Made by a program: the position numbers and the translations under genes. The notes under the pieces were generated by a model. It searched no databases, was not told the origin of the DNA, and saw only the letters and a list, made by a program, of their open reading frames with translations. DNA of 64,000 bases from Lophium mytilinum (taxonomy: Eukaryota). Shown here one piece after another: positions 1 through 12,016 of this stretch (position 1 is its first letter; the number at the start of each line of letters is the position of its first letter). The stretch is from the NCBI GenBank assembly GCA_010093605.1, contig MU004201.1, positions 342,289 through 406,288 on the forward strand, read 5' to 3'.

Positions 1-690
1 AAATTCTTTTATACTTATTTACTTTTAGACTATAGATCTAACTATACTTCTTATAGCTTATTTAACCGCAATATAGAATTAAGTATATTTAGAGGCGAGC
101 CTAGATCTAGCTTAAAGTTTATATTTAATATAGGCATTAATTTATTTCTAACCCTATTCTACAACTAGTAATACTCTTCTTTCGCCAGGGCACGTACCCT
201 AGACGTGTCTAGATTTATTTCTAAAATACCTTTTTCTCCTCTAACTCTACTGCAACTCCCTGCTAAGGAATTAATTATATTCTTTAATATCTTTCCTTAA
301 CTGCAGTCTTATTCTATGTTAGATATATTCTATACCTATTCTAGAGAGTGTAATTATCTACTAGTCTATCCACTACCCTAGCTTTTAGGCTTCTCTATTA
401 AGTAGAGTTATCTATATCTAGAGTATATCTAGATAGAATTAGCCCACCGTAATCGCGTTTAAATATATCTATAGTATACTAGGGACTAAATTTAAATATA
501 TCTAGTACTTATAATTCCCTATATAGCGTACTAATAAGTAGATACTACCTAAGTAATAAGAAACTAAAAGATTACTAAACTGAGTTTCATTGTGTTTTAA
601 TTATAATTAAGCGGTAATTAGTAGATAAACAGTAAGCCTTCTATAGAGTAACTTACAGGTATCTAAGAATAAGTGCGGGCAAGCATATTA

Positions 691-1450
691 TAGAGCGATT
701 AATTAGGTCCCTTAAGATTAATTAAATTAACAGCTTAGTTATTAGAGGCTATGATTAAGTAGATTAATTAAAGGTCGATTAAGTTAATTAATTAGTTTAA
801 TAGATTAAAGACTTGCCTTAGTACACGGTTAGTATTAAGGTTACATTACTTAGCTATTATATTAATTATTATTAGAATCCTTCTCTAGCTTCTCTATGCG
901 CTTCTCTTTCTCTATAAGATTCTCTATAAGCTTATTCATCTTATCTATAGTCTTATCCTTAGCTCTTAATATTACTTCTGCTATTTCTATATAAGTCCGT
1001 CTATTATATTATTTACGCCTCTCTATCCTCTAGGGTTAATGTAATTTAAGCCCCGACAATATTTGCGTGCAGGGCGGACCTCCTCGGGTTCTAGAATAAG
1101 CTAGTTTAATTAAAGTCTTGTTTATTAGATATACTTATAGCAGGGATAAACATTAGGTTAAGAGCTTTACGTGCTAACCGAGAGATTTAATAGCCTTTCA
1201 TCTTTACAGTCTAATACTCTATTAGGTTCTCTACTAATATATTCTTATTATATATTCTACCCGTAAGCTACCTTTTATACTTATTATCTATAGGCCGCCG
1301 GAGTACTGGGTATTAATAAGTATAGCGTAAAGTCTATAAACTACCTATAGAACGCGTTATTATTAGATACTAATACATGCGGCGGTTGCTATCTTAGGTG
1401 CTCGGCAACTACTATTAGCTTAGATTGTTAGGCCTTGCGGGTGATATTAG
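691..1450 (-). mobile_element. RIP-degraded 3' fragment of a hAT transposon related to, but distinct from, copies A/B
   Basis: Reverse complement of ~1050-1180 reads as (W)NPRRSALHANIVG and aligns with the hAT C-terminal dimerisation region at 46010-46130. RIPed subterminal (TGATTGA -> TAATTAA-type) repeats lie at 695-810. Boundaries approximate. Confidence 0.7.
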
Positions 1451-1674
1451 CTTATAAGGGTATAAGTAACTAGTATTAGAAAGTAAGATTGCTTCTTAAT
1501 TACACTCTTTTATGGCGCTGTAGTAAAACTAGCTGCCCGGCCTCATAGCTTATATATTAATATGCTTAGTTAGGTAAAAAGAATAGAGTAAGAAATACTA
1601 GTAGAGAAGGCGCTTAGGTTTTCTACCTTATAAGTACCTGCGTATATCTAGAAATAGGCCTCTTACCTTAAGTT

Positions 1675-4600
1675 TAGGGCTACCGTTACTTTAATTAATT
1701 AATTAGGCTAGTCAATATTAATTAAAGTAACGCCTTACTTAGTAGAGGTTGCAATTAATTAAAGTAATTAATTAATTATCAAAGTACTTAATTAATTATT
1801 AAAGTACTTAATTAATTAATTAAGTAAAAGTGCAGATTCTTAGCAAGACTATAGTATTTAGGCTACTTATCTTTATCCGCATTCTTCTCTATATCGCTAT
1901 TAACGTTCCTAATAGGCTCCTTAATTATATTAGCTTAACGTTGCTTTAGCTAATTTCCTTGCATAAGACCTATATCTAGTATATTAATTACCCCCTTCTT
2001 ATTCTATAATAAGAGTAATATATAAGCACTAATAACATTTATATACAGCGCGGATTTTCTCGGGTTCTAGAGTAGGCCTATTTAGTTAAAGTCTTATTTA
2101 TTAAATATACTTATAGCAGGAATAGATAGATAATTAAGAGCTATCTACGCTAACCGGTGGAATTTACCTTTAAGCTAAACGTAGTATTCTCCTAGGTTAG
2201 TTACCTAGATATTATTATTATAGTTTCCGCAAGCAAGCTACTATATATATTTATCATCGCGGCCTATAATAGCACCTAGCGTGCCTAGTATTAAGGCTAA
2301 TACTAAGGCTAAAGCTGTTATAGTGCCGCTTATAAAGCTACTTATAAAGCTAGTACTAAGCTGTTTCTTATTATTAATAGCTAACAGCTCTAGTAGTAGT
2401 AGAGGATTAGCTTTAATTATTACTATATTTCTGTATTTTAAGTTCTATAGCTATAGTCACTTCTTTTAGGCAGGCCTAATCTAGTCTACCGGCCACCTCT
2501 TCTCTACCTATACCTACTTGTGCGTAGGATAAAGAATAATAGCAGTAATATATACTAGTAAGCGGTTAGTAATGCAGTAGTATTTATTAAGCTTTATCTA
2601 GGCTATTATTACTTATTAGCTAATAGTATATAAAATAGGAAGGCTGCATAATATATATACCTAGGTTAATACTATTTTAAAGTGCGTTTCCGGGTACATA
2701 GTATACGTAATCTTACTCTTTTTAAGATAAGCTAATAGGCGTTTAAATATAGGCAACACCTTCTATATAGAACTACCTCTTCTTTTATAGATTTAACTTT
2801 TAAAGTGCTTTATAGCTAGTTTAAATAGGTATTAGAAGCTCTGGGTATTATATACCTATAATCTAATTATTATTTAAGAGGTACTAGTTAATAATCTTTA
2901 GTTTAGTGCGTCGCCTTACAGGTGCTTATTATGTACTATTTTAGGTAATAGTAGTCTAGTACGTGTTCTATTTTATTTTTTATAGATTAGTATAGAGCTA
3001 TAAAAGGATATAGGAAATAGAAAGAATATAATAGGCTATAGAATATAGCGAGTATATAGATAGCGAGTATATAGATAGTAAGTATATAGGAAATAGAGAG
3101 TATATAGATAGTAAGTATATAGAAAATAGAGAGTATATAGATAGCGAGTATATAGATAGAAAGTATATAGAAAATAGAGAGTATATAGCCTACTAATTAC
3201 TTTCTCTATTACTACTATATTAATAGATGCCCGGATTTTAACTACACGCTCTATTATTACTTTAAGTATATTCTATTTTATAGCCACCGGCTTTATAGGT
3301 AAGAGGCTCTTCTTTTTACTAGCTTCTATCTACCGCATAGTAAGGCGTCGCATGCGCTACTCGCCGTTAAATAGCTATATTATAATATAGCGAAGCTTTA
3401 TAATTAAACTAATATAGCGCTAGAGCTATAGCTCTATTACTATCTACTTGTCTATTAAGTTATAGTTGTAGTTCTTAATAAATTCTCCCTTCTATTTACC
3501 TATAAACAGTGCGCTAACTACAAGGTTAATAATATAGCTAAGGTAACGTAGCCGTTATTTAAATTTATTAATGCTAATAGATGCTATTTCGCGTAGAAAG
3601 GTATTAAGGTTCGTCGCGTTATTAGCGATAATATAGCTAACCTGCTCCGATCGGATTCTAAAGAGCTAGGTATAAGAGACGTTAGCATGCAGAAAGAATA
3701 TATAGTAAATAGAAAGGCTAAATATAAATAGGAAGGCTATCTATAAGGCTAAATACGTACCTAGAAAATCTATATAATAATGTTCTTAATATTAACGCTA
3801 CTATACTCTACTAGTAGCTCGGGTAAAGCTAGAACTATTAACCGGTATATATCTATAGTGTCTATTAAGTAGATATTAATGCCTAGTAGTACTTTTTAAT
3901 TGCGAGCCGTCTAGATATCTATTAAGAAGTGTAGTTTTCTAGGCGCTGTATTAAGTAGATTCTTAACCGTTTTTAAATAGCGATTAAATTCTAACATTTC
4001 TATAGTATAGATAGAAGTACGACCTATTAGATGGTCGCCTACTGCTGCGGCATTATTAAGGTAGATAAGAAGGGCACGGAAGTAGGTATTCTTAATAGCT
4101 AGGAATAGCATCTTTGCGTGTACTAGCTATTAAATAAGAAGCTAGAAAAAACAGTCTAGTTAAAAGCCACGGATAATAGTATTAATTATCCTTTAGCCGG
4201 CTAGTTATAATATACTTAGCTTAAGCTATTCTATTACTAAAAGCTTCTTAGAACCTTCCTGCGCCTGCTAGCTAATAAATATTCTATACTCTCTAGTAAG
4301 ATAGCTTCTATAGTTATCTATTCCTCTATTACTATAGATATAGCAGTTATAAGCCCTTTACTAATAGTAGATTTTATAGTACTAGTATCTCTTTCTATTT
4401 ACCTCTTTATAGATATTGTAGCTATAAAACTATAACTTAGTATAGCGCGTAAAAGTAGTTTATATAGGCTAATAAAAGCTAGTAAGGCGAGTCTAGTTAA
4501 TTCTATTATATATTATATTCTTATCTAGTTATATAGCTTTCTACTATACCGCCTCTATATATTAAAGGGTAGCGTTTTTATCTATAGGCGCATTAGTAGG

Positions 4601-5163
4601 AGGGCATAGAGAACGGGATAGAATAGTATATTTATTAGCGGCGGCAATAGGAGGATAAGAATAAGCACGGTATATATTACGGTGCTAAGGACGTTAAGTA
4701 TAATAGCCGCGTGCGGCAGGAGGTATAATGGCGGCGATAAGTATAGGGGCGATAGCAGTAATAAGAAGAATAGTAGTTATACTATTATATGAGAGCTATT
4801 ATAAAAACTCTATATTTTACTAATTATATAGCTAAGTAAAATAGAAAGGCTATAGAAAACAGTAAGTATATAGTCTATAGTAAGTATATAGATTATAGTA
4901 AGTATATAAAATATAGTAAGTATATAGTTATAGGCTAGTTAGTTAGTAAACTAATTAGAGACTAAGAATTGCGGACCTCTAAGCTAAACTATAATACTAA
5001 ACCTATATACCTTTATACTATTAATTAATTACCCACTTTAATATTATAGGACTTAATATTAATTAGTTGGACCTTTTCCAAATAGCCAATTTATTAAAAA
5101 GTAATTCACGAAACCGTTAATCACTTTAATTACCGGGTCACCTAGGTAGTTACGGCAGCCCTG
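1675..5163 (-). mobile_element. hAT DNA transposon copy A, full length, heavily RIPed
   Basis: Termini tagggctaccgt (1675) and acggcagccctg (5163). Perfect 8-bp TSD cttaagtt at 1667-1674 and 5164-5171. Colinear in reverse orientation with 42887-46493, e.g. ORF 3911-4111 FLAIKNTYFRALL. Confidence 0.95.
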
Positions 5164-5267
5164 CTTAAGTTGCCCACCTAATCGCGGAAAAAGTTACATT
5201 AATAAGTTCTACCTCTATAGTACTTATAACCTTTTTTAAGAATCTGCATACACTGTAGTATAGAATC

Positions 5268-6107
5268 TCAATGAGTTGCTGCGTAAGCGGAAAGTTTCTC
5301 TTTACGGTCTCTCTTGCGTTGGAGCTTAAACAAGGAATCTTCGCTTTTCTTGAAGCGGTTGTAATCGTTATTTATCTGGTTGTAGAGCTCTTGAAACGCT
5401 GCAGTGGTATTACAAATATCTGAGATGATTGTAGTAAGATTAGAACGAAATCTCTTAGCGCGAAGTTCCGTGTCTTTAAGGATAGCGGCGAGGTGTTCAA
5501 TTACGCCGCAATCTTGTAGGTTTTGCTGAATCTTCTTAATAGAAGAGAGAAGGCTTCGTCGATTGTGCAAAGCGAGGCGCACTTAATGCGCGGAGATACC
5601 ATTAGTGAGCACAATTGCGTGGGCAAGTCGCTAATAAGCGTCTACTCCGACGATGGTGGTATTAAGGGCGCTGAGTAAAGCTGTAATATTGGAGCACATC
5701 CAGTACACTTTGGACTGTTGCCCGGCCGGGCTTAATAAAGGAGAGCTGGAAGAGAAGAATACTCTGATTAAGAAAGCAAGTAGTGCCAAGACTAATACAA
5801 TCCCTGGCAAGCCCCTTGTAGATTGTGGGGCGTCTTCTATTTCTTCCTGCTCCAGTAACAGTGTCTGTCGCCCGTCTAGAGCTCGGTCTCAGGCTATTAG
5901 TTCCCGCCGTAGTCGCAGCGATGAGCGCCGCGAGCTCAGGTCTTGGATTTCGCCTGCATGACGGCGCAGTTGATTGTCGTCTCGATTGATAACTGGAAGC
6001 TCTTTCGCGGGTGGGGGAGTTAGTTGCTATTTCTCTAAGAGGCGCTTGGTCCACTCAGATCCAAGCTGCTGTGCGAGTGCCTTATTTTCGGGACGGAAGT
6101 TGGGCAT
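5268..6107 (-). pseudogene. Single-pass membrane protein with C-terminal coiled coil, RIP stops
   Basis: One frame from ATG 6107 (MPNFRPENK...) through hydrophobic GLPGIVLVLALLAFLIRVFF into ORF 5268-5582, interrupted only by TAA/TAG. Confidence 0.5.
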
Positions 6108-7103
6108 GGTACTGTTTCGGTGTTCTCGAGGTAGGTATGCTTTGGAAAACCTGGTGGCAGTAATCCATTACCTAGGTATATGCACGTCCCTCATCACTCT
6201 TATTAGTAAGTAAGCTTAGCCACTTCCGACTTGCATTAATCCATCCACCATAATTTGTCTCGCTAAGCGATCCACACCCAGCTACTATGTCTCTTAAGCT
6301 TAGCTCACCAACTAAAGATTGGACCGAATCTGACATTAACTCAGGATAGCCACTTTGTTAGGAAAACAACCGCCTCCAGACAGAGAATGAGAAACTTCGC
6401 GCAGACGCAAACACACTCCACGCAGCGAGTAATACTCTGGCAGGGAAGGTGCACCTCTTTCTTTTGGGCGCTGATAAAATACTTTGCACTTGTTTAGGCG
6501 TTGAGAAGGCTAGCGCACTAGGCAGGTTCGTTGAGGATTGGAATGAGGGGTTTAAGAAACTACTAAATAATAGAGTCTAAGAGGTACATATTTAATTTCT
6601 CTATAATTGCTCCCAATAGTGTCGTTATAATATCATTACTAGCGAACGCAAACCCCCTAAAACCTTGCCGTCTTCTAATAGTTTAGAATGTCGCTTCTGT
6701 ATTATCGGACAACTTATTATTGCCTCCTCCGCCGACTCTTTATACTCTAATAAATACTCGTCCCGGACACCCAATAAATACTTGTCCCGGACACCCCATC
6801 TTCATCTGGCGACTTTTTCCTCGACTTACCCCTATAAATCTTCACCCCTAATTGCAACGCGCCAACAGGGCATTACATTTGACGCTGAACGGTACAGATT
6901 GGGCACTCTAGATGGTGGCAAGTAGTTGGAAATGTTGTGTAAATTTTGGTCCTATTGTGTGTATTTAACAATCTGAAGCCATTATTAAGCTAAAACCTAA
7001 ACCTTTAGCGAAAGCCAAGTACGCATGCATATTAAAGAAATGAGACCCAGCGAGTAACCCCTCCGCCTGCTGAGCACTATACCCTATACAGGGCCCACTG
7101 AAC

Positions 7104-7865
7104 CTATCCAAGCAGATTATTGGACAACTCCTCCTTTTCCTGCTGGCTCGCTATAGCCTCCCTTTCCGTCCTTGCTAGAAGCCCCGCTGCTTCTTTCTCC
7201 ATTATCGCCCTCTCCTTGGCCATTTTCTTCTTCTTTATCCTCTCGTTTCGACCCGTAGTGTCCGGGAGGCCTCTCCTTAGAAACGCAGTATTGTTCGCGT
7301 TAAAACTCTTTCCGCGGATCTTTTTTGCCACTACTCCCAGTACTGAAGACCCAGTCTGCTTCCTTTTGGCCGACTTTAGCCCGTCTGCGTTATACTCCGA
7401 GACTTGCTTCACCTTCTCCATATTGTGCATTATCCGAGCTACCACTATCTTTTTTATCTCGAGCGTCTCTTGTGCTTCCTTCTCGCGCGCCTTTTAGGCT
7501 TTCCTAAGGTTTACACGGTATTGCGTCGGAGGCGTCGGAGCCGGCGCAGACATTAAAGATGGGCGGGGGGCCGTATGAAATGACCATGGCCTTATAGGAG
7601 GGGACGGCGAGGGGGCACTCTGGCTTAGGATGATGTTGTTGACGGTGGATGGTGCATTTTCGTCAAGGGATCCGTCTATCGGTTGGTCTCGGATTGTGTT
7701 GGCATCTTGTACTCCATCGTCTTCCACAACGTCTTTCATGTTAGCCTCTGCACACAATGTCTTTGAAGGTGGGAACACTTTTACACTTATCCTCGGCGTC
7801 GTAGTATATCTGTTTTCTGCACTCCATGGATAAGAAGGCCTCTCTATAATGTCTATTGTGTTCAA
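7104..7865 (-). pseudogene. Pro-rich / Lys-Glu-rich hypothetical protein
   Basis: ORFs 7494-7865 and 7104-7445 are in the same frame, separated by one TAA. Confidence 0.5.
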
Positions 7866-8149
7866 ACTTGCAAGCGGTCGATGAGACAGATGTTTCTTAA
7901 CTGAACTTTTTTAGAGAGAGCAGGAGGAAAACATATATTAGACTAGAAGTATAGAGCTACAAGTTGAAAGAAACAAAAGAGTTTATTTAGATCCTAGTGC
8001 GAAAACAGCTATACATATTACTCTAGTTTAATTGGAAGTAGAAAGAAGATATCCACGCGGACCGTCCAAAGCACAAACATCCCGCAGAGAGCCCCTTCCA
8101 GTTTTCTTAAGTACGCGCCGAGGTAGCATTAACACTTACTTAAGTCCCT

Positions 8150-9535
8150 ATTAAAAGGAAGAATAAGTTAACATAATCGTTTGCATAACAGACACCGTGC
8201 CCAGGTAAACTTACAATAAGACGAAGCAGTTAATCCAACAAATGGGTAACCTCCACAGCCATCCATGCCTCGAATTTATAGACTCGATGGGCGATAGCAA
8301 ACAGTAGTAACCTAACGGGCATAAGAAAGCCAGCTGCCACATTTTCGCCGACTAGCAACGCAAGAAGATCTTCAAAAGTCAATATTAGAACGAGAAGACT
8401 TCGATTAACCGACTAAGAACGTGTAATTGCCTCTGCAAATGCCAGGATTGCGTCCCATGCATGCGTGCCGGTCGTTCGGAGCTGTATGCAAATCGGGTCC
8501 GGGAGGGCATCGCTTAGTGAGATGAGGATGCCCTTAAAGATCTATAGTGCGCATGTTAATCGATTTGCTCTATAGTGTAACAGGAGCTAATCTAACTAGA
8601 CTGGCTTTAAAAAGCGGATCTATGGTCACGACCCTTACGCTTAACCAAGCGTACGAGTACATCGTGCGGATATGCAGCTCTATAGAGGCCCAGGAGTCAT
8701 CTATACAAGGTTGGATAATATTATAATAGTGCGCATATACTACCGCCATAAATATACACAACGTAATAGTATATATAAACGAGGACATTTGGAACTTGGG
8801 GAAGTAATAAAAGAGTTTGTGTTGGAGTAAGGGATTGAAAAATTCCCGAGCGGAGGGATGAATATGATGTCGAACGCGTTGGAGATGTCTACGGAGATTG
8901 AACAAATGCAAGCTAAAATAAATGTTGAGGACAGCAAATAAAAGAGGCGAGGTTGTAGAGCGCTATGTAGTCCCGTAGATATACGGATAACGCTAAAAAA
9001 TAACACTAATAGTCTTGTTCAAACCGTGTCTATTTAAAACTATCTGAAATCTCTGCAATAAAAGGTAATAGCAATCTATGGCTGGGCTTCGCACTGCATT
9101 ACTAAAACATTGCCTTGTAGATGTTGAAAGCTAAGGTTGAGACAGCTGATCCCGATTTAGGTTATTCTAATCTAGCTATTCCAATCGTTCTATAGCCTTG
9201 TTAGCCGTGTTATAATTATCTTTTATAACAAAGACTGTTTCATTAACTATGAGCATTGCCCGAACCTTTTAGTGCGCTCGAATATACTGTTGAATGAGAG
9301 TAAGACCTCCTGTCTCCTGGAAGTGAGACCCAGCAGAACCGCTTAGCGGAAATGTAAACCGAGCAGTGCCTACAGATAGATATTTTATCATCGAAGCAAT
9401 CCACACCCTCAACTAACCGACAGCAATAGTTGAATTTCCGGAGCTAGTACGCAGAGCGTGGAAGTTTATGGAGAACTTGGGGGACTTCTTGGTAAGAGAA
9501 TGGGGCATCGTGAACCAGGGGCAGTATCCTTGGCA
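8150..9535 (-). pseudogene. Degenerate hypothetical gene
   Basis: Overlapping protein-like frames (8570-8911, 8740-9006, and a Leu-rich frame ~8150-8535) with stops and frameshifts. No recognisable domain. Confidence 0.3.
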
Positions 9536-12016
9536 TCGGAGCGGTTCAAACGAGCGACGGTAGCCTTCCAGGCGTGCTAGATGGTTTCTTGGCGGTCTTA
9601 GGGGTATCGTATTAGCAGTAGTAGCTTATCTGGCCTTATCCTCTAAAATCCCAAATCCAAGTGACAGTTAACTACTCTACTTGAACTTTACGTCATCCCT
9701 TTATATAGTCGAGCGCAACTTCCGCCAGGAAACCCACCGCGATAGAAGTGTTCTGTCACATATTGCCAATATCTCCGCTTATTTACACGAAACTAATCGC
9801 AAAGAGCAACACCTGATTCTTATCCTCGAGAAGCGTGTCCTTTGCGAACTCAACCGAACGGATAGGCACCTAAAAAACAGTCGAGCTCACCTGCGACTTA
9901 GTGTTGCCCTACAAGACATCCTTTTACAGGTTGAATATATCTGCTCCACCGTACAAGCCCTATAAGATGTTAGCCGCTAAGCCACCCATAGAACATTTGT
10001 AATTAGGCGTAAGGCTAATCTCTAGATAACGGTCTATAAAAGATGGCCATTTGCTGCCCAGGTTACTAACTACGGGATTAAGTATGGGGCACAAGTAAAG
10101 ACGATTTAAAAGAATTAATTAGAGGCGATGATATTATGAAATGGATAGAGCGCACAACGGCAAAGGAAGTAGAACGATAGGAACTGCTAAGGCGCGGCTT
10201 TAGCTAGCTTGTTCTTTATGGCGACTTCCCCGGCACAGGACAACCCTGCAAGAACCCCGTCAATGGCATCGTCTGGCGGGGGTGTGTTTAGATGTTAGCT
10301 CATTTTGCTATTTATGGGGATTCAGCAACCCATATTCTTTTACCTATGATGCAGATATGGGGCGTCGCCCTAGGGTGGAGCGGCTTGTAGTGGGAGGACC
10401 GGCGGCACTAGTCTAGCTTACAACACGCCCCCCTCCGCGAACGGATGGAAAGTGGTGCAGGAGAGGGATTTAGCAGCGGCTTGGCAAATGGCTAAGTGTT
10501 GTACTGATTAATGAGTGAGGGGAGGAAGCTAACACTGTGAATGGAAAGGCAACGCATGTTATAGTAACTTAGGGGCATGCTTTTTACCAAGAGTATAATC
10601 AATACCTTTTAGTTTTCCTATAGTAATTGCCGAATATTCTAGTCTTTATGTAAAGTTCCACTTAAATCCTTATTATTATAAAGTATTCTTGTTCGCGGTA
10701 ATATATAAAAAGGAATCTATCGCCCACCTCAAGTAGCTATATATTTCTGAATCGCATCCAGATTCTCATCTTTATAATAAACACCTCTGTGGTCCGCTAC
10801 GTTGTTATATCTGGAACTATACTCGCATATCTACTAGATGACGTGCACCAACGCATCTTAATTTGTATTAAACGGGGAGACGCAATTTCTAAAACCATTA
10901 TTCGAATAATATTGGGTCGGGTTTTATCCCTACTTGAGAGCGCTTCCAACAGCACCGCATTACGCATTGTTTTGACGATAACTAATAGAGCTGCAACTAT
11001 TAGCTACGCATATCTACTGCATACATCACAGGGACTAGGCCATAAAGCGCTTACTGCTGGAAATACGCAGTGGATGCATCTAATGCTCTTTCCTGCGTAC
11101 CCAAGGCTTATGTTATTCGGTCCGAGGTATCCTAGTCCACCGGAGATGACGGCAGTAGAAAGAAAAGAGGTTGGATTGCTAGAGGGGGGCGGACAGGAGA
11201 GTGCACTACTAAAAGAAGAAACGCCGCCATCGACTAGCTCTCTAGAAGATGATCGTTAAGACTCTCGAACTTAGGATACAATCCGCTGTCCAGGCGTTTG
11301 TGAAGGTGGGAGACGTTGCAAGCGGACGAAAAAACTGGCCTCGGGCAGTGGGGAGATGTACTTCTATTATAACGCTCATTAACAATAGTAGAATAAGAGT
11401 CACGAGATATAGATGTAGAGCAAGCTACGTTGGATAGATTTCCGGGGAGGGGCTCGAAGGCAAATTTAGAGTGGGCACGGGACAGTGTATACTAGCTTTT
11501 CCAGCATTCCTCTTACTCCCGCGTTTCCCTCTTAGATTACCTACACTACCACGTGTGGCCATCCATCTTGTTAGAGTTGAACCGCAACTCGTGTCGGAGT
11601 TTAATCGCAACTCGTGTCGGGCGAGCGACTAATGTTAATGCTGAGGACGCCCTTACTATAGTTGGAATTTTTAATCTACTCGGGAGCAGTAGATTATGCC
11701 CCTGCATGTGTGTATAGTTCTTACATAAACTGCGCTAGCATAAAGACTAATAGGTTGCTCCGTTGGCAAGACCGCAAGCGACATAGAATGTTGCTGGGTG
11801 GAAAGGTGGCTAAGAGCGCGAGCATGCAGTGGACGAGCTTGATATTTTATCCTAGTGCGGAATGGAACAACCACCTCCGCTATTTCTACCTCACGATTAT
11901 ATTCACACCTCTAAACACACCATTAATAATAAATTCACTGCCACTAAGCCTGAATACTGCCCAGGGTTCTATAATTACCAGAGTAGATACCACCCAATGC
12001 CTTAATAATAATCTTA

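Noticed and set aside
1..690. Heavily RIPed sequence, probably a TE relic
   Set aside because: Too degraded to assign a family.
7120..7497. Hydrophobic plus-strand ORF resembling a membrane protein
   Set aside because: Antisense shadow of the Lys/Glu-rich minus-strand gene. The same applies to 19529-19879, 50815-51072 and 2281-2469.
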